A stretch of 64,000 nt of DNA from Leucoraja erinacea (lineage: Eukaryota). A program made the position numbers and the translations under genes. The notes beneath the pieces were generated by a model. That model was given only the letters and a program-made list of their open reading frames with translations, searched no databases and was not told the origin of the DNA. The stretch lies in assembly GCF_028641065.1 (NCBI RefSeq), contig NC_073387.1:45260001-45324000 (forward strand), in the 5' to 3' direction. How positions within the stretch are numbered: the first letter of the stretch is position 1; each line of letters starts with the position of its first letter. Shown piece after piece: positions 36,180 to 48,408 of this stretch.

Positions 36180-37810
36180 ATGATTTGAAAGAGAATAGAT
36201 TAGTTGGAGGCAGTCAGCATGACTTTGTTCACAGCAGGTTGTGTTTTATTAACGTGTTATTAACTCGGCGGTGGAGCCTCAGCGGCAAGGGGAGCCTCGG
36301 TGCTGGTAAGGCTTCACAATCAGCGAGAGGGGAAGACAATGGGGACCCGGCATAGGTGGATTGCTGTGAAGAACAGTGGAGGACCTGGCGTGTGGGGACA
36401 GCTGTGAAGAACAATGGGGGGAGGGGAGAGATTCTAGTTTTAGAATCCTCTGCCCAGGGGATAAGCCTTCATTTGTTCTGGTTAAGGTGCTGTGCACACG
36501 GCAGCAACAGTCACTTGTATTTTTTTTTCCACTTAATTTAACTTTAATTTCAAGTTTTCGTGTTCCTTGCGTGCTATGACTGTTGGCGGACCAATTTCCC
36601 TCCGGGCATGAATAAAGTTCGTATCGTTTAAGGTTTTTTTCAGTGACAAACGTGATCAATGATGATACGGTAGTGGATGATGTTTACGTGGATTTTAGTA
36701 AAGGATTTGACCTGGAGTTCCGCAGGGATCCGACTGGAACACATATAAATGACTTTGAAGCAAAGGAAGACAGGTTGGTCAGTAAATTTGCAGATTTGCT
36801 GGGGTCGCAGACTGAGGAAGTACACAGTGGGATACAGATCAGGTACACAAGTGGGTGGTGAAATGGCATAGAAACAGAAAATATATGCAGGAGTAGGCCA
36901 TTCGGCCCATCGAGCCTTCGAACAATTCAATATGATCATGGCTGATCATCCAGCTGATCTGTGTAATCTAAAATCAGTATCCAGTTTCCTGCCTTTTTCC
37001 TCGTATCCATTGATGCCTTTAGTCCAAAGACCTAAATCTAACTGATGGCAGATGGTGTATGATCCGAACAAATGTGTAGCGTTGCACTTTGGAAGGTCAA
37101 ACGTAAGGGGAAAATGTACAATTAATGGCTTGACACTAAACAACATTAATGTACAGAGGGGTCTTGAGGTCCAAGTTCATAACTCCCCAAAAGTGGCAAC
37201 ATGAGTAAATAGAGTGATAAAGAAGGCATATGGTATGCTTGCTTTTTCGGCCGGGGGGCATTGAGTATGAATCAGGAAGTAATGATGCAGCTTTATAGGA
37301 TATGCACAAGCCCATGCTGACTGTTCCCAATTAACCCATCCCCTTCCAAATGAGTGTATATCCTGTAAATCAGGAATGGAATTACGCCACATTTGGAGTA
37401 TTGTGTGCAGTTCTGGTTGCCCCATTACAGGAAAGATGTTGAGGATTTTGAAAGGGTGCCTGAAGAGTTTAATAAAATGATGCCTGGATAGAGGATGTTG
37501 GTTGCAGTGAGAGGCTGGACAGGCTTGGATAGTTTTCTCAAGAAAGCCAGAGGTTGTGGGGAAACCTAACAAGTGTACAAAATTATAGAGGCATAGGTGA
37601 AATAGAACCTTTTTTCCCAGGATGGAAGTATCAAAACAGTAGAGGGCACAGTTTTAATGTGGGACTGGTGGTTAAGCGATAGCCATATAGTTATGCATAG
37701 AATGGAGAGATATGGATTATGTGCAGGCAGATAAGAGTTAGCCTTGGCATCATGTGGGGCACAGACATTCTAGGGCTAAGGGCCCGTCTTTGTGCTATTC
37801 TATGTTCCAT
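36180..37810 (+). mobile_element. Old fragmented CR1-like LINE with nested insertions
   Basis: Remnant RT motifs SQHDFV, VYVDFSKGFD, VSKFAD, HLEYCVQFW. Confidence 0.7.
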
Positions 37811-38289
37811 TGTTTGTCTTTAAAATTTGTTCAAGCCTTTTAAGTTCATTTTAATTTTAATAAATCTACATAAATGGCATTTTAAATGCTTTTGCTTCAG
37901 TTTGTTGGCCAAGATATTGAGAATATTGGATCCACCACCGGGGTTGACTGGTGCAGGATCCGAGGACCTTATCATTGAACTCTTGAAGAGCGCAGTGCTG
38001 GGCTCTGTTTACATTACAGGGAACAGTATAGCACAGGAACATACCCTTTAGCCCACAATGTATCTGCCAAACATGATGCTAAATTAAATTAATCTCCATC
38101 CACACATGATCCATATCCCTCCATTCCCTATATCTCAATGTGCTTAACTAACATCTTGACGCCATTTCCTATCAACTTTCTACTATCACCCTGGTAGTGT
38201 GTCACAGGCACCCTTGTGTAAAAAAAAACCCTTGCCCTATATAAAATAGATTGATATCCATCCATCCATCCATCCATCAAAATTCTTAC

Positions 38290-38644
38290 AAACTTACAAA
38301 ATTCTTAAGGGGTTGGACAGGCTAGATGCAGGAAGATTGTTCCCGATGTTGGGGAAGTCCAGAACAAGGGGTCACAGTTTAAGGATAAGGGGGAAATCTT
38401 TTAGGACCGAGATGAGAAAAACATTTTTCACAGTGGTGAATCTATGGAATTCTCTGCCTCAGAAGGTAGTTGAGGCCAGTTCATAGGCTGTATTTAAGAG
38501 GGAGTTAGATGTGGCCCATGAGGCTAAAGGGATCGGGGGATATGGAGAGAAGGCAGGTACAGGATACTGAGTTGGATGATCAGCCATGATCATATTGAAT
38601 GGTGGTGCTGGCTCGAAGGGCCGAATGGCCTACTCCTGCATCTA
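38290..38644 (+). mobile_element. Young CR1-like LINE 3' fragment
   Basis: Near identical to 39718-40075. Confidence 0.88.
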
Positions 38645-39473
38645 TCTATCTATCTCTTATTAAAAGTCTGATCTTGTACGTGTGTATATGTGGTTGTCTT
38701 TACATATTTGCAAAAACACTATGTGGTAATGATTACATTTTTACATATTCTGATTGACATTTATCCCCTCGAGGCTGAGAGCACATTCACTGAACATTTT
38801 ATGCTTTATTTCTTGATTTATTGCTGATTAAAAGTAAGAAGTTTAATAAAAACATCAAAAAACTTTGAATTTAAAATGACCAGCTTTCACTGATGACGTC
38901 ACAATGGTTCGGCCAGCAGTGATCAGCTTCACTGAAGATTTCCTATATTTCATGTTATTCGCGATTAAAGCTTTAAAAATCCCAACTTTCACAAGATTTT
39001 TACTGTTAAAATCATTCCTGCCACCTTCCAACACACTTTGATACAATGTTGCGACACAGGAACACTCTGAACTTTTCACCTCACAGGAGGGGGAGGGCAA
39101 ATTACTCTTGCGACATGCAGGGCAAGTGCAATTGGAATTTTAATTAAAGCCCACCGCTGAGGGAGGCAGGTTAGTGCTGGAATCTTACGTTTGGGAATAG
39201 TTTGAGTTGGAGGACCACGCCTCCCAAGGTGGCTACGGGTAGGGTATGGGGTGCGTTGGGGGAGCAGACCCAACAGGTCTGCACTTGATCTAGTATATAT
39301 ATTACTAAATATCTGTTATTGACCGGTTTTGGCCATCTGTGCTGCGATTTCCGAGAGAACGCCGCCATCTACGGCCGTCATTTTTGGCCACCTCGCTCAG
39401 AGCCCCCCTCCGCCGCATGTGTGCTGAGGATTTTTCCTGTCGATTAAAAATGACAGAGATATTAATGTTTTTA

Positions 39474-40092
39474 GGATTTGAGTATAGGAGCAGGGAGGTT
39501 CTACTGCAGTTGTACAGGGTCTTGGTGAGACCACACCTGGAGTATTGCGTACAGTTTTGGTATCCAAATCTGAGGAAGGACATTATTGCCATAGAGGGAG
39601 TGCAGAGACGATTCACCAGACTGATTCCTGGGATGTCAGGACTGTCTTATGAAGAAAGACTGGATAGACTTGGTTTATACTCTCTAGAATTTAGAAGATT
39701 GAGAGGGGATCTTATAGAAACTTACAAAATTCTTAAGGGGTTGGACAGGCTAGATGCAGGAAGATTGTTCCCCATGTTAGGGAAGTCCAGGACAAGGGGT
39801 CACAGCTTAAGGATAAGGGGGAAATCCTTTAAAACCGAGATGAGAAGAACTTTTTTCACACAGAGAGTGGTGAATCTCTGGAACTCTCTGTCGCAGAGGG
39901 TAGTCGAGGCCAGTTCATTGGCTATATTTAAGAGGGAGTTAGATGTGGCCCTTGTGGCTAAGGGGATCAGAGGGTATGGAGAGAAGGCAGGTACGGGATA
40001 CTGAGTTGGATGATCAGCCATGATCATATTGAATGGTGGTGCAGGCTCGAAGGGCCGAATGGCCTACTCCTGCACCTAATTTCCATGTTTCT
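39474..40092 (+). mobile_element. Young 5'-truncated CR1-like LINE with 9-bp TSD (ATGTTTTTA)
   Basis: Open C-terminal ORF2 peptide LYRVLVRPHLEYCVQFW...FFTQRVVNLWNSL; TSD at 39465-39473 and 40093-40101. Confidence 0.93.
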
Positions 40093-40275
40093 ATGTTTTT
40101 ACAAAATTCCCCATTCTCTCTGCTGCTCCCGCTGGCGGTAGGGTGGGAGGGACTATAAAACCAGGAAGTGGTGTGCCTCACTCACTCTTCAAGATGGAGG
40201 AAGGCAGAGAGTCGCGTTTCTCTGAGCTGTGAATAACACTGAACACATGTCTACTCAAATGTAAGTGCCCTTAGT

Positions 40276-40590
40276 GGTTCAAAAATGCTTGCAGAATGTG
40301 TCTATTGGTTCTAAAGCTTACAAAAAAAGTATCTATTGGTTCTAATGCTTGCAAAAAAAGTGTCTATTGGTTCTAAAACTTACAAAAAAATGTCTATTGG
40401 TTCTAAAGCTTGCAAAAAAAGTGTCTATTGGTTCTAAAGCTTGCAAAAAGTGTCTATTGATTCTAAAGCTTGCAAAAAGTGTCTCTATTGGTTCTAAAGT
40501 TTGCAAAAAATGTCTCTATTTGTTCTAAAGCTTGCAAAAAAAGTGTCCATTGGTTCTAAAGCTTGCAAACAAATGTCTATTTGTTCTAAA
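40276..40590. repeat. Minisatellite, unit about 30 bp (TGTCTATTGGTTCTAAAGCTTGCAAAAAA), about 10 copies
   Basis: Direct reading of tandem units. Confidence 0.92.
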
Positions 40591-40626
40591 ATGGTTCATA
40601 CTAGCGCTCCAGAAAGCCGCCAACAA

Positions 40627-41510
40627 GAAGTTGAAAGGCACTACTTACTGCAAATGGGGGGGCGTGGGTGCATTGGCCTGAAGTTGAAAGGCACTACCTA
40701 CTGCAAATTGTGGCTTGAAGTTAAAAGGCACTACTTACTGCAAATTGTGGCTGCAACTTGAAGTTAAAAGGCATTACTTACTGCAAATGGTGGCATGAAG
40801 TTGAAAGCACTACTTACTGCAAATGGTGGCTTGGGTGCTTTGGCTTGAAGTTGAAAGGCACTACTTACTGCAAATGGTGGCTTGGGTTTGGCTTGAAGTT
40901 GAAAGGCACTACTTACTGCAAATGATGGCTTGGGTGTGGCTTGAAGTTGAAAGACACTACTTACTGCAAATGATGGCTTGGGTGTGGCTTGAAGTTGAAA
41001 GACACCACTTACTACAAATGGTGGCATGAAATTGAAAGGCACTACTTACTGCAAATGATGGCTTGGGAGCTTTGACTTGAAGTTGAAAGGCATTACTCAC
41101 TGCAAATGGAAGCTTGGGAGCTTTGGCTTGAAGTTGAAAGGCACTATTACTGCGAATGGTGGCTTGGTTGCTTTGGCTTGAAGTTGAAACGCACTACTTA
41201 CTGCAGATGGTGGCTTGCGTGTGGCTTGGGTGTGGTTTGAAGTTGAAAGGCACTACTTACTGCAAATGGTGGCTTGGGTGTATTGGCTTGAAGTTGAAAG
41301 GCACCACTTACTGCAAATGGTGGCATAAAGTTGAAATGCACTACTTACTGCAAATTGTGGCGTGGGTGCAATGGCTTGAAGTTAAAAGTTAAAAGGCATT
41401 ACTTACTGCAAATGGTGGGTTGGGTGCTTTGGCTTGAAGTTGAAATACACTACTTACTGTAAATGGTGGCTTGGGTGCTTTGGCTTGAAGTTAAAAGGCA
41501 CTACTGTAAA
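40627..41510. repeat. Minisatellite, unit about 33-48 bp (GAAGTTGAAAGGCACTACTTACTGCAAATGGTGGCTTGGGTGCTTTGGCTT), about 20 copies
   Basis: Direct reading of tandem units. Confidence 0.92.
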
Positions 41511-42273
41511 TGCACTTACTTCCTGTTTGCACTGAATATTGATTTTAGATAAAACGCTACCACTTACGGCTGTGATTTTTGGCCATCTTACTCAGCCCCC
41601 CTCCGCTGAGCAGGTGCTGAGGATTCTTCCCATCAATGAAAAATAAAAGTGTTATTAGTGTTTAAAAAAAATGTTGAGAATCTCTCTCCTGTCAATCACT
41701 CCATGAAAGCCACACCTTTTCCGGTGGGGGGAGGGGTTATAAAACCCGGAAATGTGGGTGTGGCTCAGTCTCTGCAAGATGGACGAGGGAGAGGTCACGA
41801 CTCGCTGTCTTTAGTGGCTTTGCACCCTACTTCAAATGGTATGAAACTGCACTTGAATTTGGTGGCCTTACACCCTGCTAGAAGTGGTAAGAAACTGCAC
41901 TTGAATTTGGTGGCCTTATACCCTGCTTGAAATATAATTTCAAGGATTAGCTGTGAGTCAACTACCAGCCCACCAGCTGTGAGTGAGTGAGTTGCCAGCA
42001 CAACAGTCTTCTTGATTGACTGTGACGCCAGCCCAAGAATCCATTTGGCGCACAATTTGCATACTAGCCCTCTGCAAACCAGTCCCTTCAGCCCACAACA
42101 CCCATACTAGCGCCCCAGAAAGCCCCCCCCCCCCCAAACTGGCCACCAATATTAGAATTGGTGGAGAGGTGGAATTCTGCGTTGGATGACCAGCCCATGT
42201 GTGAAGCTGGGACCCAACGGGTCCCACTTAGTCTAGTATAACTCTAAAACTCTCATCTTGTATTTGTGTGTAT

Positions 42274-44064
42274 AGGGTGATTTCACGAAAGGTCACTGGA
42301 GCGTAGATCCGCACCCACGTGACCGAAAAATTTAACTGGAGGACACTTGTCACTTCCGGTACATGTTAGTGAATGGGAAAACACGCACTTTCACACCCGT
42401 TAAAAACATCGAAAACGGCCAGTTTCTGAGCTGCAATTTACTGTGCCAGTCGGGGTGACGGTGAGGCACAGCTACCTAAATTTACAGTCCAAAAAAAAGA
42501 TAGAAAATAACGTAAATTCAAGAGGGAGCTGAAGGTACAAAAACAGCGGAAGTGCTTAGCGGACATTTGTCGTGGAGATTTAAAGATCCAAAATATCGGG
42601 AATTATCACGTTTGCTCGCTGCATTTCATCAAAAGTAAGGCATTATTGACGTTTTTTTTATCTTTATTCATCTGTTATATGAAAAGTTTTAAAAGTGAAA
42701 AATCCGTCAGTAAAATTGCAAAATCGCCCATGGTTCTCAGGTGGGTTTTAACATGCAAAATGAAAACGCTTCTGAATCTACATTTACCATTTAAATAATC
42801 GTAAACTATCAATGCGTTCATCAACAATGAATAAAGATAAAAAAGTCAATAATGCCTTACTTTTGATGAAATGCAGCGAGCAAACGCGATAATTCCCGAT
42901 ATTTTGGATCTTTAAATCTCCACGACAAATGTCTGCTAAGCACTTCCGCTGTTTTTGCACCTTCAGCTCCCTCTTGAATTTACCTTAGTTTCTATCTTTC
43001 TTTTGGACTGTAAATTTAGGTAGCTGTGCCTCACGGTCACCCCGACTGGCACAGTAAATTGCAGCTCAAAAACTGGCCGTTTTCGATGTTTTTAACGGGT
43101 GTGAAAGTGCGTGTTTTCCCATTCACTAACATGTACCGGAAGTATCGCATGTCCTCCAGTTGAATTTTGCGGTCACGTGGGTGCGGATCTATGCTCCAGT
43201 GACCTTTCGTGAAATCACCCTATAGCTGCGACCAAATCTGCTTTAATACTCTCTTCTTGTTGTACGTGCATGGCGTTCTTGTGCACATTGTCTATCCTGC
43301 TCACAGTGGGTGCCCAATCAGGACTGTTGACATCATTCCATGCTGCAGGCTTGTCTGTTATTAGATGATAAATAAATAAGTAGTTTGGGTGATTGTGCAG
43401 GCTTTAAACAAGAAACATTGAGAAATATATTTTGGCAAATAATAAAATGTCCTGATTTTGTCCAGCTAACAGCTGACAATTATCCCATTCCTTAGCTTGC
43501 ATCTGAGTAAAATTTATTTCAAAACGCATTGATAGTTTACGATTATTTAAATGGTAAATGTAGCTTCAGAAGCGTTTTCATTTTGCATGTTAAAACCCAC
43601 CTGAGAACCATGAGCGATTTTGCAATTTTACTGACGGATTTTTTACTTTTAAAGCTTTTCATATAACAAATGAATAAAGATAAAAAAGTCAATAATGCCT
43701 TACTTTTGATGAAATGCAGCGAGCAAACGCGATAATTCCCGATATTTTAGATCTTTAAATCTCCACGACAAATGTCCGCTAAGCACTTCCGCTGTTTTTG
43801 CACCTTCAGCTCCCTCTTGAATTTACCTTAGTTTCTATCTTTTTCTTGGACTGTAAATTTAGGTAGCTGTGCCTCACGGTCACCCCGACTGGCACAGTAA
43901 ATTGCAGCTCAAAAACTGGCCGTTTTCGATGTTTTTAACGGGTGTGAAAGTGTGTGTTTTCCCATTCACTAACATGTACCGGAAGTGACAAGTGTCCTCC
44001 AGTTAAAATTTTCGGTCACGTGGGTGCGGATCTACGCTCCAGTGACCTTTCGTGAAATCACCCT
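42274..44064. mobile_element. Foldback DNA element with three copies of one terminal arm (AGGGTGATTTCACGAAAGGTCAC...), derived from a THAP-domain (ISL2EU/Harbinger-like) transposon
   Basis: Arms 42274-42818 (+), about 42826-43221 (-), about 43523-44064 (-); AT dinucleotide at each terminus; decayed THAP peptide RVCSLHFIK / KPAAWNDVNSPDWAPT. Confidence 0.8.
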
Positions 44065-45559
44065 ATAAGTGTGTGTCTTTATATTTTCACAAAAACACAG
44101 CGGTAATGATGAGATTTTTTACATATTCTCATTCAGATTTTTCCCCTCCACGCAGTGATCAGGTTCACTTGAGATTAAAGCTCTAAAAATGCCAAATTTC
44201 ACAAGAGATTTCTGTTAAAATCATTCCTCAAAGCTTCCAACACACTTCGATACAAAGTTGCAAGACAGGAACAATCTGAACTTAGTCCTTCAACAGGAGG
44301 GGGAGGGCCAATTGGTATTGCAATTGGAACTGCCGTAGCAGGCAGGGTAGATGCAATTGGAATTTATTTTAGAATCCACTGCTGAGGGAGGCAGGGGAGT
44401 GCTGGAATCTTACATTCGTGAATGGCTTCAGTTGGGGGACCACACCTCCCGTGGGGTCTATGAGTTAGTGGTGCAATATTGCGTTAGGGAACGGGTTGCG
44501 TTGGGGGACCAGGCCTCCCGTGTGACAGGGACCCAACGGGTCCCAGTTGGTCTATTCTCCTTTAAACTTTGTCCCTCAAACCTATGCACTCTTGTCTGGC
44601 ATTTCCACCCTGGGAAGAAGGTTTTGACTGTCTACCCTATCCACTCTGAGTTGCAGCCGCAAACTGGCCACAGATGTTCCATATTTATCCAATAGGATAG
44701 CTATATATTTAGCTCCATGAAACAATGTCTTGTTTTGTAAAATTTGCTTCCCAAAGACTCCTTGTGCCACAAAGAAGTTCATGTGGTGTCATCAGCACTT
44801 TTAAGAGATTTTGCTGAAAGAAAAAAAACATTTTTCTCAGCTGCCTTGATTTTAAGATTACCAATTTAAGGTTGTGTGTTCTCAAGGTAGTGAAAACCGT
44901 CTAATTTGTTTTCAAAGGATAAGGGGACATGTAAAAGATGGTTATAAAGAATAAAGGGCATATGGGATTGTGTTACTGTGGTATGACAAGGAGTATTTTT
45001 AGGTTGGCATAGAGACTCAACAACAAAATGAATGAATACCACAATGTCTATGCAATTATCATGCACTAAATGGCTTGTTACACCATGTGCATGCATGTGG
45101 GTGTGCTGTAAATTTTCCATAATACAGTGGTAAAAGCTGGAAATTCTCTTTGTATTGTTCAAATGTTGCACTGATTAGTTCAGCGAACGTGACTTGTCTA
45201 TTACAAGAATGAGACTGGTAAACAGACTGCGGAATGGGTAGATTTATTATGAGTGAAGTTTCCAAAGTTAAAAAATGTGAATTGACTCATTTTCCAAAGA
45301 AGCGATGAGTACAGATAATAACTAAATGATGCAAGATTGATAGGGAGTTTAGGAACAGTAATATTGATACACATAAATCTTTGACGATAGAGTGAAAAAT
45401 AAGAAACTAAGCTCAACGCTCACAGATCATTAAAATACCTAATTGAAGTTTTTTTTCAACTCTGACCGTTACTAGAATAATGTAAGCAATGAAGACTTCG
45501 CTCTGTGGAAAAACTAATTTCACAACAGAATTATTACTATCGTGTTTAGAGGCAGTGAA

Positions 45560-46660
45560 AACTGCTTTTCGTGCTATGCAGGCAAACAAACTATACATGT
45601 GTATATCATGCAATGTAAAATAGAAAGGGCACAGAGTTCAGAATATAGAGATACAACCACAAACAAGTGTAGCTAAATAAGAGTGCAAGGACTGTAGTGA
45701 GATAGACTGGAAGATCAGGAATTCATCCCTAGCAAATGAAAGGTTGTTCAAGAGTCCAGTAACGGTGGGGAAGAAGCTGTTCTTGAATCTGATGGTCTGC
45801 ACTTTCAAACATTTGCATCTTCTGCCCAATGGGAGAGAAGTTGAACAGTCTGATTATGTTGGCTGCTTTCCCAAGGCAGTGTGAAGTGTTGATAGAATTG
45901 AGAAGGAAAGGATAAGAGGCTGGTTTGTGTGATGGATTGAGCTGCATCCACAACTTTGCAAATTCTAGTGGCCTTGGGCCATACCTGGTTGCCATACCAA
46001 ACTGAGATGCATCCAGAGAGCATGTTTTCTATAGTGCATCTGGTGAAATAGGTAAGAGTCAATGGAGACGTACCAAATTTCTTTAGTTATCTGAAGAAGT
46101 GAAGGTCACAGCGTTAATGTGGTGGGATTAGATAAATTGTTAATGTTATTTACACTCAGGAACATGAAGCTCTGACATTCTCCACTTCCAATATCATTGA
46201 TGCAGACTGGAATGTGTACTTAATCCCGCTTCCTGTAGTCAATAACCAGCTCCTTCATACAAGGAGTACAGTAAGGGGCTGAGAATGATTGTGTAGGATG
46301 TTTTGTTGCCTAGCATTACTAATTATGATCTATGGGTCAGGAAACGAAGGATCCAGTGGCAAAGTAGGGTGTTAAGTCCTCGGCCCTGGAGCTTGGAGAT
46401 GATTATCGTGTTGAAGACAGCACTATTGTCAATCATTGTCACTATTGTCTGACATAGGTGTCCCTTGTAATCATGTCCCAGAGACATGTGCAGTGCCAGG
46501 GAAATGGCATCTGCCGTGGACCTATTTTGGCGGTAGGTGAACCATAGGTGGATAAAGGCTGTCTGGAAGGCTGGAGTTGATGTGTGCCATGACTAGCCTC
46601 TTGAACCACTTCATGATAGTGGACGTCAGAGCCACCAGATAGTAGCCATTAAGGCACACA
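45560..46660 (-). mobile_element. Decayed Rex1/Babar-like LINE
   Basis: Peptides RCTIENMLSGCISVWYGN and TIRFKNSFFPT. Confidence 0.75.
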
Positions 46661-46831
46661 ACTTGGAGAATAAGGAATTCTTCCTCTTAAAGTAAAAAGC
46701 TTAATATAGTGGTTTATAATCAAAGGTTTTGATAAATGCGGAAAGCATCTGTCAGCTATAGGATCAGTAACAAAAGGACAAAGATTTAAGGTACTTTGAG
46801 ATCGATACATTTTTGAAAGATCAGGGACAAA

Positions 46832-47537
46832 AGGGCCTGTCCCACTTGGGCGACCTAATCCACGAGTCCAGAAGAGTGCCTTCGACCTTCAAGCTCGAGG
46901 GCACTCGCCTGGAAAGCCTCGAGCTGGATCAACCGACCACATACACACACATCACGAAGGTGGGGGCCAAGGACAGCGGAGGAGTGCTGTTTGTGCGGTG
47001 AAGAGGAAGGTAAACGGCTGCCACAGAGTAGCGTAAGTCCTTTAGTGAGTGTGGGGGGGAGGGGGTGGGGGAGAGAAGGAAACAGAAGGGAGACAGAAGG
47101 GGGGGATAAGGGGAGAGAAGGGAGGAGGGAGAAGCAGTGGAGACACTTTTAATAAGTTTAATAAAGTTTAGCGGGCATTTTACGTACCGGTAGAATTTCC
47201 TAGGTCGTGAAAATCAAAATGCCCGGTCAACGACAGAGATGGCCCATGGCTGCCCTCGACTGCCTGTAAGTAAATAGCAACCCCACTACACTGCACTACG
47301 AGTGAAAAAGACCCACACCGACCAAAATTTACTCGCGGAAAAAGTTTCAATATGCTGAAACATTTTCCACAACCTAGCTGAGGCCGTGAGTAGGCGGCAA
47401 CCTCCCTCGAGCATGAAGGAGAGTTCCAGCCACCTCATACAACCTCCTAGGACCTCGTGTCGGCCATGCGACGAGTTTGAGTCCAGGGCAAACTCTTCTA
47501 AACTCATAGCTTAGGTCGCCCAAGTGGGACAGCCCCT
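46832..47537. mobile_element. Complete MITE with about 27-bp TIRs (AGGGCCTGTCCCACTTGGGCGACCTAA); superfamily uncertain (Harbinger-like termini)
   Basis: Both TIRs present; AAA on both flanks. Confidence 0.85.
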
Positions 47538-47879
47538 AAAGATTTCAAAGAGCTGGCTCAGGCAAAGAGTTATGGTCTGGAGTAGATCAGCCATGATCAA
47601 GCTGAATGGTGGAGAAAGCTTGAGAGGCCACGTGGCCTACTCTTACTCTTGCACCTATTTTTTGTGTTTCCTTGAGGCACGTGTATATTCTAGCTTTAAT
47701 TGTCCTCCCAAAATGCATGACTTCATGTTATTCAAAGTAAATTCCATCTGCATTTCATTGCCCATCTTACGAATTGATCACGATTGTTCTGTATTTTACT
47801 TACTAGAAACAAGTGTTATTTTGCTAATCTTCATGTCATTTGGAAACTTAGTAAATGTAGCTGCATTATAAATTAGTAA

Positions 47880-48408
47880 AACGTGGGGAGCGGTGGTGGC
47901 TCGCTGCTGCGGCCCGTCTCCGGAGCTCGGAGGCTCCAGCTGCAGACCTGTGGACTGTGATATCGGGAGCTCGCGGGTCCGGGTGGGAGACCGCTTTTCG
48001 GAGCTCCCGCAACGGCAACTTGTCTAGCCCGTGTCGAGGGGCTGGAACGTACTTCGCCCGGCGCGGCTTTAATAGCTGCGGGACATGCCAACGCCCGCCG
48101 GGGGCTCCAACTTTGTGACATTTAGACCTGGAGCAAGGCTATAAATCGCTCCGCGCGGTCTTAAATGGCCGTGGGACTTACCATTGCCCGCCTGGGGCTT
48201 CAACATCGGGAGAAAAATGGTGCAGGGGATAGAAAATACTTTGCCTTCCATCACAGTGAGGAGAAGATTCACTGTGATGGATGTTTGTGTGAATTGAATT
48301 GTTTGTGTGTCTTGTAGGAATTGTTTGTTTGTATGGCTGTAGAAACAGAGTTTTGTTTGAGCCTCACTGAGGTTCAAATGACATGGAATAAATATTGTAT
48401 TGTATTGC
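47880..48408 (+). mobile_element. GC-rich non-autonomous retroelement with (ATTGT)n tail
   Basis: CpG-rich body, AATAAA then ATTGTATTGTATTG. Confidence 0.55.

Larger units (their letters stand above)
38645..44555 (+). mobile_element. Head-to-tail array of three Helitron-like units (38645-39293, 39294-42236, 42237-44555) with nested insertions
   Basis: Each unit ends with a hairpin (GCAGACC-CAACA-GGTCTGC or GGGACCC-AAC-GGGTCCC) about 7 nt before CTAG/CTAT; 41640-42236 is homologous to 34827-35340 reversed. Confidence 0.7.

Noticed and set aside
39339-40004. 221-aa ORF as a novel gene
   Set aside because: Chance fusion of Helitron-like sequence to a 5'-truncated CR1 ORF2 end; the TSD marks the junction
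40627-41510. Constant repeat with variable linkers as a CRISPR-like array
   Set aside because: Linkers are short variants of one another, not unique spacers; eukaryotic minisatellite with no cas genes
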